Source of the DNA: an uncultured Actinomycetes bacterium
GTDB lineage: Bacteria; Actinomycetota; UBA4738; HRBIN12
DNA: 64,000 nt
Assembly: GCA_963792215.1 (NCBI GenBank)
Contig: CAWBVL010000008.1
Location: 483,655 to 547,654, forward strand
Reading direction: 5' to 3'
Shown in pieces: positions 38,750 through 48,442 of this stretch; position 1 is the stretch's first letter, and each line of letters opens with the position of its first letter. The notes under the pieces were generated by a model, which made no database searches, was not told the origin of the DNA, and worked only from the letters and a program-made list of their open reading frames with translations. The translations under genes and the position numbers were made by a program.

Positions 38750-39481
38750 ATGACACAGGCGCCGACGCGGCCGGACGCGCGCATGATCCGTGGCGAGATC
38801 CTCGTGGTGCTGTCGCTGTCGCTCCTCGCGAGCGCCGCCTACGCGATCGTCTCGCTGTTCCAGGCGCCGCTGAAGGGCGTCACGGTCTCCGCGGCCGACC
38901 AGAATCCGTTGTTCGCCAACCAGCTCCTGGGGTTCGTGTTCGGGCTCGCGCCGGTCGCCCTGGTGATCCACCTGTTGCACCGAGACGGCGAGGGTGTCGG
39001 AGCGATCGGGCTCTCCTGGGACGACGGTCCGCGTGATATCGCGCGCGGGATCGCGTTGTTCGCGGTGGTCGGCACGGTCGGGCTCGGTATCTATTACGCG
39101 GCGGTCAACCTCGGCGTGAACCGGTTCGTCGTGCCCGCGCCGCCGCCCCATCATTGGTGGACGTGGCTCGCGGTCGTGATGACCGCCGCCGGCGCCGCGC
39201 TGCTCGAGGAGATCGTGGTGCTCGCGTACCTCATAACGCGGCTGAGGCAGCTCGCGTGGTCACCGCTCGCGATCATCGCCACGTCTTCACTTCTACGCGG
39301 GTCCTACCATCTGTATCAAGGGTGGGGCGGGTTCCTCGGGAACCTGTTGATGGGCGCGTTGTTCGCCGTGCTCTTCCTGAAGTGGCGTCGCGCGTGGCCG
39401 TTCGTGGTGTGTCATTTCTTGCTCGACGCGAGCGCTGCCGCGGGATGGTTGTTGTTCCACGGGCATCCGCCCGGACTGTGA
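38750..39481 (+). CDS. CPBP (Abi/CAAX) intramembrane glutamic endopeptidase
   Basis: EEIVV, HLYQG and CHFLLD motifs; TM-rich. Confidence 0.8.
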   Translation: MTQAPTRPDARMIRGEILVVLSLSLLASAAYAIVSLFQAPLKGVTVSAADQNPLFANQLLGFVFGLAPVALVIHLLHRDGEGVGAIGLSWDDGPRDIARGIALFAVVGTVGLGIYYAAVNLGVNRFVVPAPPPHHWWTWLAVVMTAAGAALLEEIVVLAYLITRLRQLAWSPLAIIATSSLLRGSYHLYQGWGGFLGNLLMGALFAVLFLKWRRAWPFVVCHFLLDASAAAGWLLFHGHPPGL

Positions 39482-39482
39482 C

Positions 39483-41438
39483 CTACTGGGCGTCGCGCGC
39501 GATCACACGGTCCCAGCGCTTCGTGAAGCGCTCCGCGCCGTCTTCGTACGCGGTGAGCTCGATCGCCACCGTGTAGGCCTCGGCGGTGGAGTCGACGCGC
39601 ACGCGCGCATGGGTGCGGACCGTCGCCTCGGGGAACGCGAGCTCGAACTCGCACTCGCCGTCAGAGAACGCCACTCCTGGGTCGGTCGTCGACGCGCCGA
39701 CGGTGCCTTCGTATCGGTCGCGGTAGGCGCGGGCGTCTCCTTGATCCGTGTCCGAGCTGCCGTAGCCGGTGCGCGCGATGTGCATCCCGTCGCGCGGCTC
39801 ATCCACCTCCCAGAGCCACCAGCCGTCTTCCGTGCTCTCGGTGCTGTGTTGGGTCCCCGTCAACACCCGAACGGCCGGCGGATCGGCGATCGGCGGTCCG
39901 TCGAGGACCGGCAGCTCGAGCGCGGCTGATGGTCGGTCGATCGTCAGCGTCGCCGCGTACGGAGGCGGCCACGCGTTGGGCCAGTCGGCGCCGGCGAGGT
40001 CGAGGCGGATCTGGTGGCCTGCCTCGAACGTCCACGCGATCGCCTCGAGCTCCAGGTCGATCTCGAGGCGCTCGCCCGGGGCGACCGGCGACTCCCGGTG
40101 TGCGATGTTGATCATCCCGCGCACGACGAGCGACGACTCGCCGCTGGGGAACACGTCGGTGATCTTCGCCGAGAGATAGGCGATCGGCCGGTCCGACGTG
40201 AGCGTCAACCACAGCCGCGGATGGCCGAACACCTCGAGCTCTTCGTCGAGCGGCGCCCACGTGTATGTCAACGAGCGCTCCTCGTCCGGGCGCTGATCCG
40301 CGGACTGGCCCCACGGCAGTCCGCCGGCGCACGAGATCCACGCGGTCGCGCCGACGTCGCCCGCCACCGTCAGCGCATCGGACGGTCCCTCGCCCGCCAG
40401 CCCGCCCGGTACCGCGTCGCGGAGCGCGAGGTCGTGCGCGATCAATCGCTTGGGCGGCCACGTCGGCTCGGCGCGCCATTCGCCCCGAACCTCACCGCGC
40501 AGCGGATCCGGCAGCGTCGAACGCTGCTGGTACACGACGACGGGCGGCTCGCGGTCGATCCCGTTGTCCTCGCCCTTCAGCCAGTGGTCGAACCACCGCA
40601 GGATCTCTGCCGTGCCGTCGATGTTCGGTCCGGGGCGGCACGTCTCCGGCGAGCCGTGCGACCACGGGCCGATCAGGAGGCGCACCGGCGCCTGCATCCG
40701 TTCGAACGAGCGCAGCGCGATGTTCGTATAGCCGTCGGCCCAGCCGCCGATGATCATCGTCGCGGCCGTGATCGACGCGATGTCCTCCCGCGCCGAGCCG
40801 TACTTCCAGTAGTCGTCGCGCCGCTGGTGCGCGAGCCACGTGAGGAGCCACGGCTCCGTGCGCTCAAGGCGGTGTTGCCACTCGTCGCGCCACTCGTCGC
40901 CCCATAGGCGGGGCACCGGGGGAAGCGCGTTCATCGCGACCATATACGTCGGGTAATCGACGAGGTCGACGTGCTTCAACGCGCCGCCGTAGTAGTGGAC
41001 GTCATCGTTGTACCGGTCGTCCGACGCGAAGATCGGGACGATCGCCTTCAGCGCCGGCGGGTTCTCGAGCGCCGCCTGCAACGAGTTGAACCCTCCGTAG
41101 CTGGTCCCGAACATCCCGACGTCGCCGGTGGACCAGTCCTGTGTCGCGAGCCAGTCGATCACCTCGACGAGGTCGCGTCGTTCCTCGGCGGAGTACTCGT
41201 CGGTCGTGATCCCGCCGGAGGAACCGGTGCCCCGGATGTCGAGCCGCACCGAGACATAGCCGTGATCTGCGAGATCCCCGTAATGCCCGTCGTACCCCGC
41301 GATCGCGTCGTCCTTGCGATAGGGAAGCGCCTCCATGATCACGGGCCACGGCCCCTCGCCCGTCTCGGGAAGGAACAGGGTCGCCGACAGCGAGATGCCG
41401 TCGCTCATCCGGATGCGGACACGGTCGCTTCGAGCCAT
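39483..41438 (-). CDS. CocE/NonD (X-Pro dipeptidyl-peptidase-like) hydrolase
   Basis: DIRGTGSSGG, GTSYGG nucleophile, GPWSH, C-terminal jelly-roll domain. Confidence 0.9.
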   Translation of the reverse strand: MARSDRVRIRMSDGISLSATLFLPETGEGPWPVIMEALPYRKDDAIAGYDGHYGDLADHGYVSVRLDIRGTGSSGGITTDEYSAEERRDLVEVIDWLATQDWSTGDVGMFGTSYGGFNSLQAALENPPALKAIVPIFASDDRYNDDVHYYGGALKHVDLVDYPTYMVAMNALPPVPRLWGDEWRDEWQHRLERTEPWLLTWLAHQRRDDYWKYGSAREDIASITAATMIIGGWADGYTNIALRSFERMQAPVRLLIGPWSHGSPETCRPGPNIDGTAEILRWFDHWLKGEDNGIDREPPVVVYQQRSTLPDPLRGEVRGEWRAEPTWPPKRLIAHDLALRDAVPGGLAGEGPSDALTVAGDVGATAWISCAGGLPWGQSADQRPDEERSLTYTWAPLDEELEVFGHPRLWLTLTSDRPIAYLSAKITDVFPSGESSLVVRGMINIAHRESPVAPGERLEIDLELEAIAWTFEAGHQIRLDLAGADWPNAWPPPYAATLTIDRPSAALELPVLDGPPIADPPAVRVLTGTQHSTESTEDGWWLWEVDEPRDGMHIARTGYGSSDTDQGDARAYRDRYEGTVGASTTDPGVAFSDGECEFELAFPEATVRTHARVRVDSTAEAYTVAIELTAYEDGAERFTKRWDRVIARDAQ

Positions 41439-41460
41439 GTTGTCGGCGAAGCCTAGCGGC

Positions 41461-43083
41461 TCAGATCCACCGTCGGAACCACACGATGGTGCGCAGATGC
41501 AGGTCGGTGATGCGACCGGCGGTCAGGATCGGCCAGAACAGCCAGAACACGACGACGACCGCGATCACGTAGGCGACGACGAAGGGGCGGTAGACGCGCG
41601 CCGTCGAGATCGCCGCCTCGCCGGTCTCGGGGTTGACGGCGACGGCACCGGTGTCGTGCTCGCGCACCACGATCTTCGCGTCGGACAGATCGCGACACGC
41701 CCACGTCACGGCGAGCACCATGAACGGCACCAAGGGCAGCACGTAGAAGAAGAACGTCGGCCGCGACTGCACGAACCACGGTACGTATTGGCCGAGGAGC
41801 GCGACGATGATGAACCCGCCCCGCCAGTCGCGCGTCCGGCGCCATGCGAGCAGCACGTACGGGACAGCGACGACGCTCGCCCAGAAGATGAACGGGTTCC
41901 CGATCGCGAGGATCTGCTCGGTGCTCGTCCCGATGTTCTTCACGTAGAAGCTGATCGGCCGAAGGAGCAGGAGCCATCCGCCCGGATGCGCGTAGTAGGG
42001 ATGGGTCGGTGTCTGCAGGCCGGTCTTCGGATCGACCGCCGTCCACTGGATCCCGTTGTGATGGAAGTCCCACGTCGCCCCCATGTTCGCGACCCAGTCG
42101 TGCCAGCTCCACGCGAAGTGGTGGAACCAGGGGAGCCACGTGATCATGTAGATCACGATCGGGGTGAGCAGCAGCGCGAGCACGATGCCGAAGGACTCGC
42201 GCGAGAAGGCGCGGCCGAAGGCGCGGAGCCACGAGCGGTTGCGATGCCGCCGGGTCGTCTCCCACATGTACGCGAGCACGACGACCGCGAGCAACGCGAA
42301 GACGCCCGACCACTTGACGGCGCTCGCGGCGCCGAGCGCGGCCCCGGCGGCGAACCGCCACGGGCGCCAGATCGGCGACGGGGCAGGGGTCGGCGACGGT
42401 GCGTCGGCGGCCGCGGCCGGCTCGTCGGGTGTGTCCGCCGTCTCGAGCGCGACGCCCGCGCCGGGCGGTGGATCGGGGTCCTCCGGTTCGACGGGCGCGG
42501 CGACCTTCTCGGCCGCGGTCTGGCGCGCGTCGATCCATCTTCGGTCCAACAGGAACAGAACGAACGCGAGCACGACCCAGAACTCCACGTGGATGTCGAG
42601 CAAGCCGACGCGAGACATCACCACGTTCAGGTTCTCGACGGCCATCAACAGCCCGGCCACCGCGGTCCACAGCGCGGAGCCGAACAGCAGCTGCGCCATC
42701 ACGGCGGTGAGCGTCACGACGAGCGTGCCGGCGACGACGGACGAGATCCGCCAGCCCAACGGGCGCATCCCGAAGAGCTTGATGCCCATCGCGATCTCCC
42801 ACTTGCCGAGCGGGGGATGGACCCACGAGCCGACGTCCCACTTCGTCGTGCGCCAGTACTTCTCGTCGCTCGAGTCGACGTTGCAGGTCTGGTTGGACCA
42901 GCCAACAAGGATGCACGCGGCCTTGGGGTAATAGACCTCGTCGAAGACATAGTCCGGCGGGTTGCTGACGTGCACGATCCGGAGCCAGCCCGCGAGGATG
43001 GTGACGGCAACGATCGCCACGACCGGACGGTTGAGTCGCGACAACGCAGGCACGCGACCAGGGTACCCGTGGCCGTCGGCCAT
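41461..43083 (-). CDS. Protein O-mannosyltransferase (PMT) family glycosyltransferase
   Basis: VFDEVYY, VHPPLGKW, GLLDI, VKWSG; start 43083 or 43053. Confidence 0.85.
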   Translation of the reverse strand: MADGHGYPGRVPALSRLNRPVVAIVAVTILAGWLRIVHVSNPPDYVFDEVYYPKAACILVGWSNQTCNVDSSDEKYWRTTKWDVGSWVHPPLGKWEIAMGIKLFGMRPLGWRISSVVAGTLVVTLTAVMAQLLFGSALWTAVAGLLMAVENLNVVMSRVGLLDIHVEFWVVLAFVLFLLDRRWIDARQTAAEKVAAPVEPEDPDPPPGAGVALETADTPDEPAAAADAPSPTPAPSPIWRPWRFAAGAALGAASAVKWSGVFALLAVVVLAYMWETTRRHRNRSWLRAFGRAFSRESFGIVLALLLTPIVIYMITWLPWFHHFAWSWHDWVANMGATWDFHHNGIQWTAVDPKTGLQTPTHPYYAHPGGWLLLLRPISFYVKNIGTSTEQILAIGNPFIFWASVVAVPYVLLAWRRTRDWRGGFIIVALLGQYVPWFVQSRPTFFFYVLPLVPFMVLAVTWACRDLSDAKIVVREHDTGAVAVNPETGEAAISTARVYRPFVVAYVIAVVVVFWLFWPILTAGRITDLHLRTIVWFRRWI

Positions 43084-43100
43084 CTCGGCCGTGTCTGCGC

Positions 43101-43574
43101 TCAGGCGAGCGTCCGGCGGATCAGCTCGGCGGCGTCGCGGAGCTCGTCTTCGGGAAGCGGCGGGTAGTCGGCGCTCGACACCAAGACCGCGCCGTTGGGG
43201 AGCTGCGTCTCGACCGCTTCGCCCTTCAGCATCCGGTCGCTGAGGGCGTCGCCCTGCCGGTGGGGCGCCAGCATGAAGTGCAGATGCGGGATGCCCGACC
43301 CGAACACGTAGACGTAGACCTGCTCGGCGCCGGTCGCGTCGCGGATCGCCGCCGAGCACCGGCCGAGCACGTCGCCCAGGGTCGCCGCCTCGTCGCCGTC
43401 GAGCGCCGTGATGGCCGTGATGTGCCGGCGAGGCTCCAGATAGGAGAACCCGAGCACCTCGGAGGACAGGCTCGTCGTGAGCCGCCACCGCGCGTCGCTC
43501 CAGACCTCGGCGCGGTGCAGCTCGGGGTCGCCGTCGGTGCCTCGGCACGCGGGACAGTCGGGATAGCGGATCAT
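43101..43574 (-). CDS. HIT-like family protein
   Basis: N-terminal CPAC; PHLHF motif (third His apparently replaced). Confidence 0.65.
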   Translation of the reverse strand: MIRYPDCPACRGTDGDPELHRAEVWSDARWRLTTSLSSEVLGFSYLEPRRHITAITALDGDEAATLGDVLGRCSAAIRDATGAEQVYVYVFGSGIPHLHFMLAPHRQGDALSDRMLKGEAVETQLPNGAVLVSSADYPPLPEDELRDAAELIRRTLA

Positions 43575-44005
43575 CGCGGGCGGTCGGCCTTCCGCCGGAC
43601 GAACTGCAGACCCTGGAACACCTCGGTGATCGACCCCGACTTGTTGTCGACGAGCCCCGTCGCGAGCCCGGTCCGATGGACGAGGTCGAAGTCGAGGTCG
43701 GTGTCGGTCTTCGCCGCGCGCTTTGGCCACGCGATCCACAAGCGGCCCGCGGGCGCGATCGCCTTGGCGAGCGGCTCGATGCGTCTGCGCAGCGTGCTCG
43801 CGCGCAGGAAGAAGGCGAGGATCACGTCGAGATCGCGGCCGGTGCGGGTGAGGAACGAGACGCCGTCGGGGAGCGGCGCGAGCGCCGTCAGCTCGCGGTC
43901 CAGCGCGTCGGGCGCATCCAGGAGACGGACGCGCGCTCCTTCCGCGATGCCGAGCTTCTTCCACAGGGGCGTGGAGGAGTAGTCCTTGTGATCCGCGCGG
44001 GCCAT
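43571..44005 (-). CDS. DUF3052-like protein
   Basis: YSSTPLWKKLGI, WIAWPK, GLVDNK. Confidence 0.75.
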   Translation of the reverse strand: MARADHKDYSSTPLWKKLGIAEGARVRLLDAPDALDRELTALAPLPDGVSFLTRTGRDLDVILAFFLRASTLRRRIEPLAKAIAPAGRLWIAWPKRAAKTDTDLDFDLVHRTGLATGLVDNKSGSITEVFQGLQFVRRKADRPR

Positions 44006-44053
44006 GCGGCCCTCACGATAGCGGGGCCTCTCGGGACGTGCGACCATCGATGC

Positions 44054-44884
44054 ATGGCCGGTGTGCTGCACGTGGTTGCGACCCCGATCGGGAACCTGGG
44101 CGATCTGAGCGAGCGTGCCCGCGAGACGCTCGCGTCGGTCGATCTCGTCGTCGCCGAGGACACGCGTCGGACGGGCAAGCTCCTCGCGTCGCTCGGCATC
44201 GACGCCCGCATGCGCTCGATGTTCGAGGGGAACGAGCGGCGCCGGGCCGTCGAGGTGCTCGAGGAACTGCGGGACGGCCGGACCGTCGCGCTCGTGTCCG
44301 ACGGGGGAACGCCGCTCGTGTCGGATCCCGGCTATCGGTTGGTCCGGGCCTGCATCGACGAGGGGATCGACGTGCGGGCGGTCCCGGGGCCGTCCGCCGC
44401 GATCGCCGCGCTCGTCGTGAGCGGGCTCCCGACCGACCGCTTCGTGTTCGAGGGGTTCCTGCCTCGGACCGCGGGGGACCGGCGGGCGCGCATCGCCGCG
44501 ATCGCCGATGAGCCGCGCACCGTCGTCGTCTACGAGTCGCCGCGGCGGCTCGCGACCTTGCTCGACGAGCTCGGGGCGATCGACCCGGATCGGGGCGTCG
44601 CCGTCTGCCGCGAGCTGACGAAGCTCCACGAGGAGGTGCGGCGCGGGTCGGTCGCCGAGGTGCGCGCAGCGATGGGCGACGCGGCGATCAAGGGCGAGGT
44701 CGTCGTCGTGCTCGCCGGCCGACGGGCCGGCGAGCCGGTGGACGTCGAGGCCGCCGTGGCGGAAGCCCGCGACCTGGTGGCAGATGGCGCGCGCAAGCGT
44801 GAGGCGGCGCACCGGGTCGCCGAGCGGACGGGCGTGCCGGCCAACGCGATCTATCGGGCCCTCGTCCCGGAGGTGGCGGGATGA
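44054..44884 (+). CDS. rsmI: 16S rRNA (cytidine-2'-O)-methyltransferase
   Basis: ATPIGNLGD, AEDTR, SDGGTP.VSDPG, RELTKLHEE. Confidence 0.95.
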   Translation: MAGVLHVVATPIGNLGDLSERARETLASVDLVVAEDTRRTGKLLASLGIDARMRSMFEGNERRRAVEVLEELRDGRTVALVSDGGTPLVSDPGYRLVRACIDEGIDVRAVPGPSAAIAALVVSGLPTDRFVFEGFLPRTAGDRRARIAAIADEPRTVVVYESPRRLATLLDELGAIDPDRGVAVCRELTKLHEEVRRGSVAEVRAAMGDAAIKGEVVVVLAGRRAGEPVDVEAAVAEARDLVADGARKREAAHRVAERTGVPANAIYRALVPEVAG

Positions 44885-45798
44885 GCGGTGGCCCGGTGCA
44901 ACCGCCTCGTCCCGATGGCCTCCCGTTGCGACCCGACGTCGCGCGGCCCGCGATCCCGCCGCGCACCGATCACCTGCATCGTCGCCGGCGCTCCGATCCG
45001 ACGCTCGTCGGCGTGCTCGCGATCTTCCTCGCCGGGGCGATCGCGGTTGCGGCGATCGCGATCATCGAGCCGGTTCCCGCACTCGCCCCGGGCGGTCCGT
45101 CGAGCGCGCCGGGCGGCGCGGGGCAGCCGGGCATCGCCGACACCGTGCCGACAGGCCCCGACGGCCCGTACGCCTTCCTCGCCGCGACCTATGTCGACGG
45201 CCGGCGCGAGCCGGTCCGATGGAACCCGTGCCAGCCGATCGAGTACCAGGTCAACGAGGAGCACGGGCCGCCGGAGACCGGCGACGCGATCACGGGAGCA
45301 CTGGACCTCGCGAGCAACGTGTCGGGGATCACGTTCCAGTACGACGGAACGTCCAACCGCGGGATCGCCGCGATGCGCCACGGGCGGTACTTCACCGACG
45401 CCCTGCACGCGGTGTACCGGCCGGTGCTGATCACCGTCGTGTCGCATGCGACGTTCCTGCATTTCCATGTTCCGCGGCGCGTGCTGGCGTTCACCCATCC
45501 GGAGCAGGGCACGCAGTCCTCCGACGACGAATGGGTCTCCGGCTACATCGTGGTCGACGGCGGCATCCGCTACGCGAACAGCGGCCGGTGGTCCATGGAG
45601 CTGGTGATAGCCCACGAGGTCGGGCACCTGCTCGGCCTGGCTCACGTGAACGACCCGAACGAGCTGATGTTCAGCACACAGGTCGCCAATGGCGTCATCC
45701 CGGCCCCGATCGACGGCTACGGGCCCGGCGACGACGCGGGCTTCGAGCTGCTCGGGGCCGACCAGGGCTGCCTCCCGCACATCCGCGTCGCGCCGTAG
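44881..45798 (+). CDS. Membrane-anchored matrixin/metzincin metalloprotease
   Basis: HEVGHLLGLAH zinc motif, Met-turn ELMF, N-terminal TM. Confidence 0.85.
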   Translation: MSGGPVQPPRPDGLPLRPDVARPAIPPRTDHLHRRRRSDPTLVGVLAIFLAGAIAVAAIAIIEPVPALAPGGPSSAPGGAGQPGIADTVPTGPDGPYAFLAATYVDGRREPVRWNPCQPIEYQVNEEHGPPETGDAITGALDLASNVSGITFQYDGTSNRGIAAMRHGRYFTDALHAVYRPVLITVVSHATFLHFHVPRRVLAFTHPEQGTQSSDDEWVSGYIVVDGGIRYANSGRWSMELVIAHEVGHLLGLAHVNDPNELMFSTQVANGVIPAPIDGYGPGDDAGFELLGADQGCLPHIRVAP

Positions 45799-45839
45799 AT
45801 CCGGCCGATCCGGGGCCTGCCGGTACGATGTGCGCCACC

Positions 45840-47384
45840 ATGGGCCGCGACGTCTTCTACATCACGACGCCGATCTTCTACGCGAACGACGTGCCGCACA
45901 TCGGGCACGCCTACACGGCGGTCGGCGCGGACTTCATCGCGCGCTACCACCGGCTCCGCGGCGAGGAGGTCTTCCACCTCACCGGCACCGACGAGCATGG
46001 GCTCAAGGTGCAACGGGCGGCCGAGGCCAACGGAGTCACCGCGAAGGAGTGGGTCGACCAGATCGAGCCGAAGTGGCGCGAGGTGTGGGCCGGGCTCGAC
46101 ATCGCCTACGACGACTACATCCGCACAACCGAGCCCCGGCACCACGACGCGGTGGTCAAGATCCTCCTGGCGGTCAAGGACAACGGGCGCGACGACATCT
46201 ACCTCGGTCACTACGAGGGCCTGTACTGCGTCCACTGCGAGGCCTACTACAACGAGTCCGACCTCCTCGAGGGAAACCTCTGCCCGATCCATGAGCGGCC
46301 GGTTGAGCTCGTTCGTGAGGACAACTACTTCTTCCGGCTGTCGGCGTACGCGGACCGCTTGCTCGCGCACTACGAGGCGCACCCCGAGGCGGTCGAGCCG
46401 GCGACGCGCCGCAACGAGGTGCTGTCGTTGATCCGCGGGGGTCTGCAGGATTTCTCGATCAGCCGCACGACGTTCGACTGGGGCGTGCCGTTGCCCTGGG
46501 ACGAAACCCACGTGACGTACGTCTGGTTCGACGCATTGACGAACTACGTCACCGCCGCGGGCTTCGCGAACGATCCGGAGCGGTTCGCGCGGACGTGGCC
46601 GGCGAACATCCACTCGATCGGCAAGGACATCCTTCGCTTCCATGCGGTGTATTGGCCGGCGATGTTGATGGCCGCCGGCATCGAGCCCGCGACGCAGGTG
46701 TGGGCGCACGGCTACCTCACGGTCGGCGGCAAGAAGATGTCGAAGACCAACCTCACGGGGATCCACCCGTTCGATCTGATCGACCACTTCGGCGTCGACT
46801 CCTATCGGTACTTCTTCATGCGGCAGATCGTGTGGGGGGCCGACGGCGACTTCTCGTGGGAGGCGATGGTCGAGCGCCACAACGCCGATCTCGCCAATGG
46901 CCTCGGAAACCTCGCCAGCCGGGTGCTCGCGATGCTCGCGAGCAACTACGACGGCGTCGTCCCGGACCCCAGTCCGGGGACCGAGGCGGATCTGCCCGAC
47001 GTGATCGGCGAGGCCGCCAAGCGGTACGACGACCACATGATCCAGGTCGAGCTCCAGAAGGCGGTGAGTGCGGCGTGGTCCATCGTCGACCGCGCGAACG
47101 GCTATCTGGTGGAGAAGGAGCCGTGGAAGCTCGCGAAGGATCCCGCGAACGCCGACGAGCTCGCCGGTGTGCTGTACGCGAGCGCCGAGACGCTCCGCAT
47201 CGTCGCCGTCTTGATCCAGCCGTTGATGCCGGCCGCCGCCCTGCGGCTGTGGGAGCAGCTCGGTCTGCCCGGCGCGGTCGCCGATCAACGGCTTCCGCAC
47301 GCGGTGGTGTGGGGCGGACTGCCGGTGGGTACCGCCACGCACAAGGGTGACGCGCTCTTCCCCCGCCTCGACGCGGGGGAATGA
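45840..47384 (+). CDS. metG: Methionine--tRNA ligase
   Basis: PHIGH, GTDEHG, YVWFDAL, KMSK. Confidence 0.97.
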   Translation: MGRDVFYITTPIFYANDVPHIGHAYTAVGADFIARYHRLRGEEVFHLTGTDEHGLKVQRAAEANGVTAKEWVDQIEPKWREVWAGLDIAYDDYIRTTEPRHHDAVVKILLAVKDNGRDDIYLGHYEGLYCVHCEAYYNESDLLEGNLCPIHERPVELVREDNYFFRLSAYADRLLAHYEAHPEAVEPATRRNEVLSLIRGGLQDFSISRTTFDWGVPLPWDETHVTYVWFDALTNYVTAAGFANDPERFARTWPANIHSIGKDILRFHAVYWPAMLMAAGIEPATQVWAHGYLTVGGKKMSKTNLTGIHPFDLIDHFGVDSYRYFFMRQIVWGADGDFSWEAMVERHNADLANGLGNLASRVLAMLASNYDGVVPDPSPGTEADLPDVIGEAAKRYDDHMIQVELQKAVSAAWSIVDRANGYLVEKEPWKLAKDPANADELAGVLYASAETLRIVAVLIQPLMPAAALRLWEQLGLPGAVADQRLPHAVVWGGLPVGTATHKGDALFPRLDAGE

Positions 47385-47438
47385 GCGATCGCCGGGAAAC
47401 CCGGCCCGTCGACCGGCGGATGAGGCTTCCCAACTTCG

Positions 47439-47454
47439 TGTTTCACGTGAAGCT
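47439..47454. promoter_or_regulatory. parS-like palindrome
   Basis: TGTTTCACGTGAAGCT, 14/16 match to TGTTTCACGTGAAACA; intergenic. Confidence 0.6.
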
Positions 47455-47498
47455 CACCCTGTTCACCCGAACTTGAGACCGGGTAAGGTCCGCGCCAG

Positions 47499-48290
47499 AT
47501 GCGCGCCTCGAACCCTGAACTCCCGGTGCAGTCCACGGCGGTCGACACCCACTGCCACCTGTTCCTGATGGACCAGGAACCTGCAGTGGCGGTCGAGGCC
47601 GCGAAGGCTGCTCGGGTCGAACGCATGATCTGTGTGGGCGTGGACGTTCCAACGAGCGAGCGCTCGATCCAGATCGCCACGGAACTCGAGGGTGTGCGGG
47701 CCACGGCCGGGGTTCACCCCCACGACGCAGACGGATTCGACGACTCCGCCGCCGCCCGGGTCGAAACCCTCTTGAAGGACCCCGCCGTGGTGGGGGTCGG
47801 GGAGTGCGGGCTCGACTGGTTCCGGATGCAGAGCGAGCGCGACGCTCAGCTTCGGACGCTCGCGGCACATGTCGAGCTCGCGCGCGACTGTGGAAAACCG
47901 ATGATCGTTCACGTGCGCGACGCTTGGGACGACGCGCTTCGAGTCCTGCATGAGGGTTCCGCCGAGCGCGTGGTGATCCACTGCTTCACGGGTGACGCCG
48001 ACATCGCGCGCGAGTGCGAACGACGCGGCTATTGGCTCTCGTTCGCCGGCAACGTGACGTATCCGAAGAACGCGCACATGCGCGAAGCGGCCGCAGCGGT
48101 GTCGCTCGATCGTGTGTTGGTCGAGACCGACAGTCCGTTCCTCGCCCCGCAGAAGCTTCGCGGCACCGACAACGCGCCGCAGAACGTCGTGCTCACGCTC
48201 GCAGAGCTCGCAACCGTTCGCAACGAACCGCTTGAACTGCTCGCGGATGCGACGGTTTCGAACGCCGAAGCGGTGTTTTCCGGTCTCTGA
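47499..48290 (+). CDS. tatD: TatD family hydrolase
   Basis: DTHCH, GVHPH, GECGLD, VHVRDA, HCF, VETDSP. Confidence 0.95.
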   Translation: MRASNPELPVQSTAVDTHCHLFLMDQEPAVAVEAAKAARVERMICVGVDVPTSERSIQIATELEGVRATAGVHPHDADGFDDSAAARVETLLKDPAVVGVGECGLDWFRMQSERDAQLRTLAAHVELARDCGKPMIVHVRDAWDDALRVLHEGSAERVVIHCFTGDADIARECERRGYWLSFAGNVTYPKNAHMREAAAAVSLDRVLVETDSPFLAPQKLRGTDNAPQNVVLTLAELATVRNEPLELLADATVSNAEAVFSGL

Positions 48291-48442
48291 GGGCCGGAAC
48301 GAGCCCTCTGCCCTCAAGGTTGCAGTCAGGGTTGAGGGTTCGATAGGGTGGCTCTCCAAGCGACCGGAGGCCACGTTCCGGCCGGGCTCCTTCCCACCCA
48401 GCCGCTTCCCCCGAAGGCCCTCCCCGTACGTACGGAGGCAGG

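Noticed and set aside
48291-48442. c-di-AMP (ydaO) riboswitch upstream of the rpf-like gene
   Set aside because: Conserved GCTGAATCC and GGGGAACC elements are absent
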